A stretch of 64,000 nucleotides of DNA from an uncultured Holophagales bacterium (GCA_963842525.1 CAWJGT010000025.1:384001-448000); one strand, 5' to 3'. Counted from the stretch's first letter, positions 17,740 to 27,386 are shown. Program-made: numbers and translations. Notes: generated by a model from the sequence alone, not told the origin.

Positions 17740-17990
17740 AAGGCCGCCCTTGGCGGCCTTCCCTATCTGGCTTCAGAGCTGCGTCTGTCCCCGAGTCTTC
17801 TATCCGCACTCTCGAGGAGTCCGTCGCTTGGACTCGGTGCATGATGGGGTTCCACCGCAGCGGCGCTGCTATCTCTACAGCGGCCTCGTAGGCTGAAGAC
17901 GCCCAGCGCAGTCGCCGGCAGCGGGGGTTCGAACGCGAGCCTCCTATCGACCGTGGTTTCTCCTACCTGAGATTTCCCCCTACCTGAGCT
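17740..17990 (-). ncRNA. Putative bridge/seek RNA of the IS1111 element
   Basis: Stem-flanked loop 17863-17909 containing sequences matching both target flanks. Confidence 0.7.
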
Positions 17991-17993
17991 TTT

Positions 17994-19053
17994 TTACGCT
18001 GCTGCCGGCTGGCGGCACAGCTCGTAATCCTCGCCGCTGATCCAGAGCCGGTGCAGCAGCATCGCCAGTTTCCGGGCCACGGCCACCACCGCTCGCTTCT
18101 TGCCGTTTTTGCCTCCACGCCGCGCCAGTTCCAGTCCGAACCTGCGTAGATCGCTGTCCTGGCCGAAAGGACCGAGGATGTAGTGCGCGGCCTGCACCAG
18201 CAGCCAGCGCAACAGCCGGTCGCCCTGCTTGGTGATCGGCAACTGCGGCGTCGAGCTGCCCGAGCTTCGACTTGCTGGCACCAATCCCAGGTAGGCCCCC
18301 ACCGAGCGCGAGCGAGCAAAACGATGCGGATCGTCCAGCGTCAACACGAAGACCAGAGACGTCAGCGCTCCCACTCCCTTGATCTGGCGCAACCGCTGCG
18401 TCACGGCAAAACGCTGCGCCCACGCCTCAATGTCTCGATCAAAGCCCCCGATCCGCTCACTCAGATCAGCGATCACCGCCAACAGCGGCTCCAGAGAAGC
18501 CTTCAGCGTCTGCGGCAAGGCCTGCGACGCACTTCGGGCGAAGCTCTTCGCCGAGCACCCCGGCAGGCGAAAGCCGAACGACTTCACCATCCCGCGGACC
18601 TGGTTGACCAGCATCGTCCGGACCTTGACCAGACCCTCCCGGGCGCGCACCACTGCCAAGGCTTGCTGCGACTCCGGGCTTCGCGCGTGCACCGGACTGA
18701 GCAACTCTGGGTCCACTCGGCCCAACTGCGCCAGGCACCGGGCATCCCGCTCGTCGCTTTTGCGCAGGCTCGATGCGATCGCCCGAACCTTGCTGGGATT
18801 GGCGGTGATCACCTGGTGGCCCAAAGATTCCAACAACCGCCGCACCCAGGGTGTGTGCGTCCCGCTCTCCAGGATGACCAAACACGGGCTTGCCCCTTCA
18901 AAGTAGCGCTGAAAGCTCGCCGAGGTCGTCGACAGACGCTTCTCTTCCAAGATCGCTCCCCGTTTCTCGATCCAGACGACAGATCTGACTCGAACGGTCC
19001 CCAAGGTCTACGCCCACCACCGCCTCCACCTCCACTCTGATAGCATTCTTCAT
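17994..19053 (-). CDS. IS110 DEDD recombinase/transposase, frameshifted near 18960
   Basis: VGVDLG in the upstream frame; LESGT, KSDERDA, GLVP...SSG, KQGDRLLR, VAVARKL. Confidence 0.9.
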
Positions 19054-19262
19054 GGCCACCCTCCTTTCTTGCGCTTTCCAGCGCTTAAATATTCCCAGTT
19101 TGCAGGGCCATTTTAAGGCACTGCGCACCGGGAGGGTGGCCTTCTCATCCCATCTCTACGGTGGCGATACCGGCAGTGGTGGTTTCAGGCACCTTGTTTG
19201 ATGAACGCGGCCCGCACGGTCCAGGACGGCCCGGCGGCGGCGCTGCGTGGGAGACTCCCATC

Positions 19263-19541
19263 ATGCACCGCACGGCCGTTGCCTTTGTTCTCGCTGCTTC
19301 GATCCTGACGTCCCCCAGCCTTTTCGACCCCCTTTGGAACCTGCTTTCCTCGCTCTGGAGCCACTCAACCACGGAGTCAGGGTGCCGCATTGATCCGTTG
19401 GGCCACTGCCTCCCCGGGACCGAGCCGGCGGCGGACACAGGTTGCGGCTGGGATCCCTACGGCCGGTGTCTCCCGGACACGCAGCCGGCGTCGGATTCGG
19501 GTTGCGGTATGGACCCTTGGGGCTGCCCGCAGGGCTCATGA
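19263..19541 (+). CDS. Small secreted peptide with three GCxxDPxG repeats
   Basis: Signal-like N-terminus, LW.LL..LW helix, GCRIDPLGHC / GCGWDPYGRC / GCGMDPWGC. Confidence 0.8.
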   Translation: MHRTAVAFVLAASILTSPSLFDPLWNLLSSLWSHSTTESGCRIDPLGHCLPGTEPAADTGCGWDPYGRCLPDTQPASDSGCGMDPWGCPQGS

Positions 19542-20098
19542 GGCCTTGAACCGGAGGCCCTGGTCGTAGCGGGCGCGGAAGAGGAAGCGCAAGACACTGC
19601 GGGCCAGCTCGGCCGTGGCCTGTTCGCGTTCGATCGCCTCGTGGAAGAGCCGCAAGGCGGCCAGGGCCTCCCGATGGACTCCCTTGAATTCAAAGACCTT
19701 GGCCAGCTCCGGTGCGAGCGCCTTGACTTCTTCTTTGCGGCCCTCTTCTAAGAGCAACGCGAGCTCTTCAAGCAACGCCTGGGCGACTTCGAAGGGCAGA
19801 TCGCGCGCAGCAAATTGCCGACGGGCCTTCTCAAGTGCATCCAGGGCCTCACTGGACTGGCCGAGCCCGGCGGCGATGCGCCCTTCGAGCCACGTCACAC
19901 GACTGAGGCTGATTTTGTCGCCCAGCGCAGTGGCAGCCGCCTGGACCTGCTCCAGGAGCTCGGCGGCATCCCGGAATCGACCGACATGGGTGTAGTTGAC
20001 GGCCAGATTGAAGAAGAGCATGTAGAACAGGCGCGGATCGGCGTGGCGCTCGACCATGGGAACGGCTTGCAGGAGGGTTTCGATGGCACGGCCGTACG
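19536..20098 (-). pseudogene. C-terminal fragment of an HTH-TPR regulator
   Basis: FNLAVN..H.GR...A, WLEGRIAAGLG, HREALAALRLF...FL.RAR.D..LRF, as in the 20800-22278 paralog; 5' part missing. Confidence 0.8.
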
Positions 20099-20320
20099 GT
20101 GGTCCACTTGGAGCAGGGGCGCACCGCGAAGGTCAAGCAGCTTGCTGAGGGGATGTGGTGGATCTTCCAGGACCAGCAGGTGCACGAGGAGGCCCTGGCA
20201 GCCCTGAAGCTGTTTTGCGATGCGGCCAGGAAGGAGGAGACCGAAGCCGGGTGGGTGCGGCGCCTCCTTGCCTATCTCTCCCGCGCCCGAGGCAACCCCC
20301 GCCTGCGTTTCGAGCCATGA
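20099..20320 (+). pseudogene. C-terminal fragment of an HTH-TPR regulator
   Basis: Clear DNA and protein paralog of 22059-22278. Confidence 0.85.
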
Positions 20321-20336
20321 AGGGCTTGAGAAAAAG

Positions 20337-20360
20337 CGGGGCGCAGCGATCTGCGCCCCG
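20337..20360. terminator. Hairpin between convergent regulator and peptide genes
   Basis: CGGGGCGCAG-CGAT-CTGCGCCCCG preceded by an A-run; conserved again at about 22296-22319. Confidence 0.7.
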
Positions 20361-20381
20361 GTGGCAGGTTAGCCCGGCGCG

Positions 20382-20657
20382 TCAGCCGATGCAGCGGCCG
20401 TCCGGGTCGAGGATGCAGCCGTTGTCGCCCGTGAGCGAGCTGGTGCCCGGGTCCGGCAGGCAGCGGCCGTTCGGGTCGATGACGCACCCGTGCTCGGCCC
20501 AGATGTGCTCGAGGAGGCCCCAGACCTGCCCCAGGAAATCCCAGGGGGTCCGGGCGCCCTCCGCAGGCGCGCGGCCGGCAGCCCTGGCGGCCGGCGCCGC
20601 GAGCACCACGACGAGAACGAACACGAAGACGACTCTCCACAGCGAGGAACGAGACAT
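20382..20657 (-). CDS. Small secreted peptide with two GCxxDPxGRC repeats
   Basis: Signal peptide ending A-R-A; W.LL..IW helix; HGCVIDPNGRC, NGCILDPDGRC; AGGAG RBS. Confidence 0.85.
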   Translation of the reverse strand: MSRSSLWRVVFVFVLVVVLAAPAARAAGRAPAEGARTPWDFLGQVWGLLEHIWAEHGCVIDPNGRCLPDPGTSSLTGDNGCILDPDGRCIG

Positions 20658-20799
20658 GTCCGACTCCTGTGCGGAGCACGCGCCGGAACGGCCCCCATGG
20701 CCGGCCTGGGCGTCTCCGCGCCATAGGTTGCCAGGAGTCGGACCCGAAACTAAACCCGAGAAGCCAAACACGTTGGCTCTCCACGAGGAGGAGCTGGAC

Positions 20800-22278
20800 A
20801 TGGCACAGTGGGCAGATCCCCAAGACCTCAGGCTGGTCATCATCCTGCTGCGCGAGCTCAAGGACTGGGACCAGTCGGATCTCGTCCGCGGGACCGGCAT
20901 CGACCCGTCCTCGCTCTCCAGGTACGAGGCAGCCAAAAAGACGCCCTCCCCGAAGACGCTGGCGCGGGTCGCCGCGGCCGTAGATGTGCCGTACGCCTTC
21001 GCCGAGGAGCTGATCCCCTTGTGTCGCGGCCTCCGGCTCGCCTACGAGCGCGTCGTCGCCCGCGGGGCCTTCGCAGAGGCGGATCCCGAAGCCGCCGCGG
21101 AGCTGGATCGGCGCGTCACCGAGGCCGCCCTCCGGGCGGCAGCCCCGCTGCTGCTGGAGCTGGGGGCCCTGGGGCATGGTGGACCCCGCGCCGAAGACCG
21201 CGACTGGGCAGTGGCCCAATGGGAAAGGATGAAGGACCTTCCGCTCCGAGAGCAGGAGATGATCATCGACACGTTGGACAGCGAGCGGATCTGGGCGCTG
21301 GCGGAACGGCTCAGCCAGGAAAGCATCGCCGCGGCGGCGGACCGGGCCGACCAGTGCCTGGAGCTGGCGCAGCTCGGCCTGCATGCCGCCCGGCGCATCC
21401 CGGAAGGGAGCTGGCGTTCGCTCAACGAAGGGCACGCCATGGCCTTGCTCGCCAACGCCCGCAGGGTCGGAGGCAGCCTGCCCGCCGCCCGCGAGGCGTT
21501 CGGAACCTCCGACCGTCTGGCCTGATCGAGGAGGTTCAAAGCCTCGTCGAACTTGTCATCGTCCATGAGCAGAGAAGCCTTGAGGTCCAGCCGCCGGGAG
21601 GCGTCGAGCAGGCCGGCGGGGTCGCCGCCTTCGCCGGCTTCCCATGCAGAAAGCCGGTCCGAGGCAGCCCGGGCACGCCTGCTGGTGTGCCAGTCCACGG
21701 CTTTCGTACTCCTGGGTGACGCCGAGCGTGTGGTCGAGGTCCTGGAACGTGCGGCCCCCCTGATCGACGAAAAGCGCGAGCCGCGGCAGGCCTTCGCGCA
21801 GCGCTTCAACCTCGCCGCGGGGTTCTGTGACCTGCAGCGCTACGGCGAAGCGGAGAACCTCCTGCACCGGATCCGCGAAATGGCCGTCGAGCTGGGCAAC
21901 GAGCTGGACATCACCAGGACCCTCTGGTTGGACGCGAAAATCAAGGCCGGGTTCGGGGACCTGACGGCAGCGTGCGCGGCCTTCGAGCAGGTGCGCCGGG
22001 CCCTGGAGGAGCAGAAGATCGCCTCTGACTACGCCGTGGCGAGCCTGGACCTGGCAGCGGTCCACCTGGACCAGGGGCGCACCGCGGAGGTCAAGCAGCT
22101 CGCCGAGGGGATGTGGTGGATCCTCCAGAGCCAGAAGGTGCACAAGCAGGCCCTGGCGGCCCTGAAGCTGTTTTGCGACGCGGCGAAGAAGGAGGAGGCC
22201 GATGCCGGGTGGGTGCGGCGCCTCAGTGCCTATCTCACCCGCGCCCGGGGCAATCCCCGTTTGCGCTTCGAGCCGTGA
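20800..22278 (+). pseudogene. XRE-type HTH + TPR regulator interrupted by a 139-bp internal inversion (492 aa when restored)
   Basis: LRELKDWDQSDL...IDPSSLSRYE..KKTP HTH; flipping 21516-21654 joins the 5' and 3' ORFs in frame. Confidence 0.85.
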
Positions 22279-22379
22279 GGGGGTGGCGAAAACATCGGGG
22301 CGCAGCGATCTGCGCCCCGATGCCGGTTCAGCCCGGCACGTCAGCCGATGCAGCGGCCGTCCGGGTACTACACGGGCGC

Positions 22380-22436
22380 CCCTCACTCCTGGCCCCTCTC
22401 CCACCCGCACTCACGCCCGCCCGGCAGAGGGGGAGG
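22380..22436. repeat. REP-like element (CCTCACTCCTGGCCCCTCTCCC...GAGGGGGAG)
   Basis: Related to the hairpin at 44242-44310. Confidence 0.45.
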
Positions 22437-23199
22437 GAACGTTGCTCGGTCCGCCGCCGTCGACCGCCACCTCGAAGATCCTGACCGGCGGGCCGTCCGG
22501 AAAGAGCTGTCGCAGGAGCTGGATGCTGACGTTGTAGACCGGCACGCCGGCCGCGGTCTTCCCCTCGGGCTGGCCGCGGTGGGCGTGGCCGTGGAAGACG
22601 ACGTCCACGGGGTAGCGGTGGAGCGGCTCCTCCAGCCGGCTCGAGCCGAGGAAGGGATAGATCTCCGCCGGCTCCCCCTCGACCGTCGCCTCGATCGGCG
22701 AATAGTGGAGGACGACCACCCGCGGCCGGTGGCGCAGGCGGGCGAGCGCCGACTCCAGCTTCAAGGCCTCGTCCACCGCCTCGCGGACGAAGGCCTTGAT
22801 GATGTCCTCCCCCCAAGGCCCCAGGGCGCGCTTGCCGAACCCGCCGCAGAACCCCTTGATGCCGGCGAAGCCGACTCCCTCGATCTCGCAGGCGTCGCCG
22901 TCGAGGATCTGGATGCCGCTCTCCCGTAGGAGCTCCTTGACCTCGTCCTGCTTCCCGCTTTCGAAGTCGTGATTGCCCAGCACCGCGATCACCGGCACGC
23001 CCACGGCCGAGTGGACCTCCCGGGCGAGCCCCTGGGCCTCCTCGGGCAGGCCGTGATCGGTCAGGTCGCCGCAGAGCAGCAGCACGTCGCACTCGCGGCC
23101 GGCCCGGCTCAGCTCCTCCCGCAGGCTCGGCTCCGGAAACCTGGCGTAGTGAAGGTCCCCCATCGCGCCGATGCGGACCACTCCTTTTTTTCTGGCCAT
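22411..23199 (-). CDS. Calcineurin-like metallophosphoesterase
   Basis: GDLH, CGDLTD.G, LGNHD, LHY, HGHAH motifs. Confidence 0.9.
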   Translation of the reverse strand: MARKKGVVRIGAMGDLHYARFPEPSLREELSRAGRECDVLLLCGDLTDHGLPEEAQGLAREVHSAVGVPVIAVLGNHDFESGKQDEVKELLRESGIQILDGDACEIEGVGFAGIKGFCGGFGKRALGPWGEDIIKAFVREAVDEALKLESALARLRHRPRVVVLHYSPIEATVEGEPAEIYPFLGSSRLEEPLHRYPVDVVFHGHAHRGQPEGKTAAGVPVYNVSIQLLRQLFPDGPPVRIFEVAVDGGGPSNVPSPSAGRA

Positions 23200-23274
23200 T
23201 CGATGTCTCCCCTCGCGTTCTCTCAATCGTTCCCGAGCCGGGGCAAGACCCATGCCAGAGGAGGGAGGCCTGGT

Positions 23275-24150
23275 ATGCGTCTTGCTCTTCGCCTTGCCAT
23301 GAACCTTGCCATGACTGAGACCCTGGCCGCACCCCACGCCGATCTGGCTCCGGAGACACTCGACTTCTATCGCAAGGCGATGACCACGCTGCAGGAGGCG
23401 GACGTCCCCTTCCTGGTTGGCGGCGCCTACGCCTTTGCCCATTACACAGGAATCGTCCGGCACACCAAGGACTTCGACATCTTCGTGCGGCCGGAGGGCT
23501 TCGAACGCGCCATCGCGGCCCTCGGCCGGGCGGGCTACGAGACCCAGCGCAACTTTCCCCACTGGCTGGGCAAGGCCCTTCAGGGAGATGACTTCGTCGA
23601 CCTGATCTTCAGCTCGGGCAACGGCGTCGCCCGTGTCGATGAGCTCTGGTTCCAGCACGCGGTGTCCCAGGAGGTGCTGGGGATCCCGACCCAGCTCGTC
23701 CCGGCCGAGGAGATGATCTGGTCGAAGGCCTTCATCATGGAGCGCGAGCGCTTCGACGGCGCCGACGTGGCCCATGTGCTCCAGGCCCGCGCCGAGCACC
23801 TCGACTGGCCGCGGCTCCTCGGCCGCTTCGGCGAGAACTGGCCCGTGCTGCTCAGCCACCTGCTCCTGTTCGGCTACATCTATCCCGACGACGCCGGGAG
23901 GCTCCCGGACTGGGTCATGGACGACCTGCTCGACCGGGCGCGGAGGGAGCGCAAGCGCCCCGCGGTGCAGCGGCACCTCTGCCGCGGAACGATCCTCTCC
24001 CGGGGCCAGTACCTTTCGGACGTCGAGGAGCGGGGCTATACCGACGCGCGGCTCGAGCCGGTCGGCGCCATGAGCTCCGAGGAGATCGGGATCTGGACCG
24101 AGGCGGCCCGCGAGGAGGCGGAAAAACAGCTCCAGAAGGACAAGGATTAG
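23275..24150 (+). CDS. Pol-beta-type nucleotidyltransferase family protein
   Basis: FLVGGAYA..YTG..R.TKDFDIF; start may be 23299 or 23311. Confidence 0.85.
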   Translation: MRLALRLAMNLAMTETLAAPHADLAPETLDFYRKAMTTLQEADVPFLVGGAYAFAHYTGIVRHTKDFDIFVRPEGFERAIAALGRAGYETQRNFPHWLGKALQGDDFVDLIFSSGNGVARVDELWFQHAVSQEVLGIPTQLVPAEEMIWSKAFIMERERFDGADVAHVLQARAEHLDWPRLLGRFGENWPVLLSHLLLFGYIYPDDAGRLPDWVMDDLLDRARRERKRPAVQRHLCRGTILSRGQYLSDVEERGYTDARLEPVGAMSSEEIGIWTEAAREEAEKQLQKDKD

Positions 24151-24797
24151 CCGCGCAGCCAGTCCACCCGGTCGGTGATCACCCCGTCGAGGCCGAGCTC
24201 GACGCACCGGCGGTGCTCGGCCGGTGTGTGCGCGCCGTAGACCCAGGTCCGGATGCCCGTTGCCGCCGCGCGGGCTGCGAGGTCGGGATCGAGGACCTCG
24301 TAATCCCAGACCGCTGTGCGGATCCGCCCGTCGGTGGTGAAGAGCGCGAAGAAGGCTTCGTCGTCGACCGGCCGGCTGGCCAGGAGGAGGGCGCCCTCGA
24401 ACCCCCGTTGGGCGCAGGCCGCGACCAGCGGATGCCAGAAGGAGGAGACCAGGAGGCGCCGGCCGGACGGCAGGGCGTTCAGGACCTCCAGGGTTGCGCC
24501 GAGAGCGGCCGGCGTCTTGACCTCGACGTTCCAGAGGATGTCCTCCCAGCGCGTGAGGACCTGGGGAAGGGTGGGGACGGGATAGCCGGCGGCGGCGCTC
24601 AGCTCGGCGGCGGTGAGCGCGGCCACCTCGCGGCCATCGGGTGCCACCCGGTCGTGGAAGAGGACGGGGAGGCCGTCGCGCGACAGCCGCACGTCGGTCT
24701 CGATGCCGTCGGCCCCCAGCGCCACCGCGCGCGCGAACGCCTCCAGGGTGTTCTCCGGCGCCTCCAGGTGGAACCCCCGGTGGCTCAACACCAGCAT
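24147..24797 (-). CDS. Glycerophosphodiester phosphodiesterase
   Basis: HRG...PENTLEAF, IETDV.LS.DG.PVLFHD, NVEVK, GVITD. Confidence 0.9.
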   Translation of the reverse strand: MLVLSHRGFHLEAPENTLEAFARAVALGADGIETDVRLSRDGLPVLFHDRVAPDGREVAALTAAELSAAAGYPVPTLPQVLTRWEDILWNVEVKTPAALGATLEVLNALPSGRRLLVSSFWHPLVAACAQRGFEGALLLASRPVDDEAFFALFTTDGRIRTAVWDYEVLDPDLAARAAATGIRTWVYGAHTPAEHRRCVELGLDGVITDRVDWLRG

Positions 24798-24799
24798 GG

Positions 24800-26134
24800 C
24801 TAGGGCCAGATGCCGCGCGCCAGGGCCACCTCGGCGACGCGCTGGATCGCCAGGGCATAGGCAGCGGTGCGCAGGCCGATCTCTCCCGCCTCCACCGGAT
24901 GCTCCTCGCACAGGCGCTTCCAGGTGTCGATCACCGCGTCCGTGGCCCGTTCCATCCTGGTGTGCAGCTTGGCATTGACCGCCTCCATCCCCCACTGCTC
25001 GTTCTCGATGTTCTGCACCCACTCGAAATAGCTGACCGTGACGCCTCCCGAGTTGGCGAGGATGTCGGGGACTACCGGGATGCCGCGCGCCAGCAGGATG
25101 CGGTCCGCCTCCGGCGTGGTCGGGCCGTTGGCCGCCTCGACCACCAGCCGGGTACGCACGGCGTCCGCGTTGTCGGCCCGGATCTGGTTCTCCAGCGCCG
25201 CCGGGATCAGGATGTCGCAGGGGAGGGTCAGCAGCCGTTCTTGGTCGACCGCCTCGGACCCCTCGAAGCCGGCCACCGAGCCGGTCTGCTCCTTGTGGCG
25301 GATCACGGCCTGTGGATCGAGCCCGTCCTGCCGCAGGATGCCGCCGCGGGTGTCGCTGACCGCGATCACGCGCGCCCCGGCGGCGGTGAACAGCTCGGCC
25401 GCGATCGCGCCGGCGTTGCCGAAGCCCTGGATCACCACCGTGGCCCCGTCGATCGACTGCAGCCCCGGCACGGCACCGCGCTCCAGGACGCGGCGGGTGA
25501 CGAAGAGGGCGCCCTGCGCAGTGGCCTCCCGCCGGCCGAGCGAGCCGCCGACGCCCAGCGGCTTGCCGGTCACCACCGGCAGGTTGTTCTTGCCCGGGTG
25601 CATCATCTGGTACGTGTCGTAGATCCAGGCCATGGTGCCGGCGTGGGTGTTGACGTCGGGAGCGGGGACGTCCGTGTGCGGGCCGATGTTGTCCCCCAGG
25701 GCGGCGATGAAGCGGCGGGTGAGCTTGCGCAGCGCGGCGTCGCCGAGCTTCTTGGGGTCGCAGATCACGCCCCCCTTGGCGCCGCCGAACGGGATGTCCG
25801 CCACCGCGCACTTCCAGGTCATCCAGGAGGCGAGCGCCCGCACCTCGTCCTCGCTCACGTCCGGGTGATACCGGATCCCTCCCTTGCCCGGCCCGCGCAC
25901 CGAGCTGTGCAGCACCCGGTAGCCGGTGAAGGTCTGCACCGTCCCATCCTCCATCTCGACCGGGAAGCAGACCGAGATGACGCGGTTCGGCGTCTTCAGG
26001 AAGGCGGCGAGCCCGTTCCGCAGATCGGGGACGAAGCGGACGGCCTGGTTGAACTGGCGCTGCGCGATGCGGAAGGGGTTGAGGTCTTCAGCGGCCTGCG
26101 AGGATACGGCGGGACTCGTCTCGAGCTGTGCCAT
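24800..26134 (-). CDS. gdhA: Glutamate (Glu/Leu/Phe/Val) dehydrogenase
   Basis: GPGKGGIRYHP, MTWKCA, GGAKGG, PAPDV, TGKP, QGFGNAG, EAANGP, NSGGVTVSYFEW. Confidence 0.95.
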   Translation of the reverse strand: MAQLETSPAVSSQAAEDLNPFRIAQRQFNQAVRFVPDLRNGLAAFLKTPNRVISVCFPVEMEDGTVQTFTGYRVLHSSVRGPGKGGIRYHPDVSEDEVRALASWMTWKCAVADIPFGGAKGGVICDPKKLGDAALRKLTRRFIAALGDNIGPHTDVPAPDVNTHAGTMAWIYDTYQMMHPGKNNLPVVTGKPLGVGGSLGRREATAQGALFVTRRVLERGAVPGLQSIDGATVVIQGFGNAGAIAAELFTAAGARVIAVSDTRGGILRQDGLDPQAVIRHKEQTGSVAGFEGSEAVDQERLLTLPCDILIPAALENQIRADNADAVRTRLVVEAANGPTTPEADRILLARGIPVVPDILANSGGVTVSYFEWVQNIENEQWGMEAVNAKLHTRMERATDAVIDTWKRLCEEHPVEAGEIGLRTAAYALAIQRVAEVALARGIWP

Positions 26135-26199
26135 GGTCTCCTCTGGAAAAGAAAATCTGGCGCATGGTAGCTCAATCAGGGCTCATGCAGAAGATGACC

Positions 26200-26643
26200 T
26201 CACCCCGGCTCCCAGCCCGCCGGCGCCAGCTCGAAGGCGGCGAACTCGAAACCGGGCGCGACCGTGCAGCCGACCAGGACCCAGCCGCCTACCGGCCGCG
26301 CCGCCTGCCAGACCCCGGCGGGCACGACCGCCTGCGGACGCTCCCCGGCCGCGAGGTCCTTCCCCAGCCGCACCGTCTCGCGCCGCCGCCCGTCCGGCGA
26401 CAGGGTCAGCTCCAGCGGCGAGCCCGCGTAGTGATGCCAGACCTCGGCCGCGTCGCGCACCCGGTGCCAGGCCGAGACGTCCCCGGCGCGCAGCAGGTAG
26501 TAGATGGCGGTCGAGGCGCCCCGGCCGCCGCCTTCGGCCGGAGCGTCCCGGAATGTCTCGCGGTAGAAGCCGCCCTCCGGATGAGGCCGAAGGCCCAGCA
26601 GGCGCACGACCTCATCGGGCTCATCGGGCTCGCCGGGGCTCAC
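26200..26643 (-). CDS. Cupin_5 (DUF985) protein
   Basis: L.PHPEGGFYRETF, STAIYYLL, EVWHHY, GCTVAPGFEF. Confidence 0.92.
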   Translation of the reverse strand: MSPGEPDEPDEVVRLLGLRPHPEGGFYRETFRDAPAEGGGRGASTAIYYLLRAGDVSAWHRVRDAAEVWHHYAGSPLELTLSPDGRRRETVRLGKDLAAGERPQAVVPAGVWQAARPVGGWVLVGCTVAPGFEFAAFELAPAGWEPG

Positions 26644-27386
26644 TCGGGCGCGATCTCCCAGCGGATCGTGACGCTGGCGCTCACCCCCACCTGGCCGCTG
26701 GAGACCGGCGTGTTGGCCATGGCGAGGTCCGCCTCGAAGCGCCCCTTGAGGAACGGCGGCGGCTGTACCGCGATGCCGCCCTCGGCGACCTCCACGACCC
26801 GGACCAGCTTCACTCGCAGTGCCCGCGCCAGGGTATTCGCCTTGATGGTGGCCGCCTCGACGGCGCGGGTCAGGGCTTCGGCCTGGGCCTTCTCGTCGTT
26901 GCGCAGCCCGAAGGACACCCCGTCCAGGCGGTTGGCCCCGGCGCCGAGCCCGGCGTCGATCACCGGCCCGACCTGGTCGAGCTTGTCGAGGCGCACGGCC
27001 ACGACGTTGGAGGCCTGATAGCCGACGATGCGCGGCTCCTGTGGCTCCTGTGGCTCCCCGGTGGGCCGGCCCTGGGAATAGACGGGGCTCAGGGTCAGCT
27101 CCTGGGTCTGGATCTGGTCCGCCGGCACCCCGACGCTGCGGACCGCCGCCAGGATGGCGTTGGCTATCCGATTCACCTGATCCTGCGCGGCTTTGGCCGT
27201 GGGTGCCTGGGCGAACACCCCCAGGCGGACGATCGCCTCATCCGGCGCGACCCGTGCTTCCCCGGTGCCCGCGACGGTCAGGACAGGGATCACCTGGGCC
27301 TGTGGTCCGGTCGTGGCCGTCTGTGCGAGTGCGGGCAGGGCGACGAGCCACCCTGCGATGATGATTCCGCTGATGTTTCTTTTCAT
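26640..27386 (-). CDS. SIMPL (DUF541) periplasmic protein
   Basis: Signal peptide; LTVAGTGEA.VAPD, GY.ASN.V.V, GAN.L.GV.F. Confidence 0.9.
   Translation of the reverse strand: MKRNISGIIIAGWLVALPALAQTATTGPQAQVIPVLTVAGTGEARVAPDEAIVRLGVFAQAPTAKAAQDQVNRIANAILAAVRSVGVPADQIQTQELTLSPVYSQGRPTGEPQEPQEPRIVGYQASNVVAVRLDKLDQVGPVIDAGLGAGANRLDGVSFGLRNDEKAQAEALTRAVEAATIKANTLARALRVKLVRVVEVAEGGIAVQPPPFLKGRFEADLAMANTPVSSGQVGVSASVTIRWEIAPE

Larger units (their letters stand above)
17721..19158 (-). mobile_element. IS110-family (IS1111 group) element
   Basis: Sub-terminal IRs TGAGAAGGCC (17721-17730) / GGCCTTCTCA (19138-19147); TCTA core at both junctions; outward TTGACA at 17736-17741 (minus); non-coding region downstream of the transposase. 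Confidence 0.85.

Noticed and set aside
22411-24858. 815-aa minus-strand ORF
   Set aside because: Only the last 262 aa are a metallophosphoesterase; the rest overlaps the nucleotidyltransferase and GDPD genes in non-coding frames
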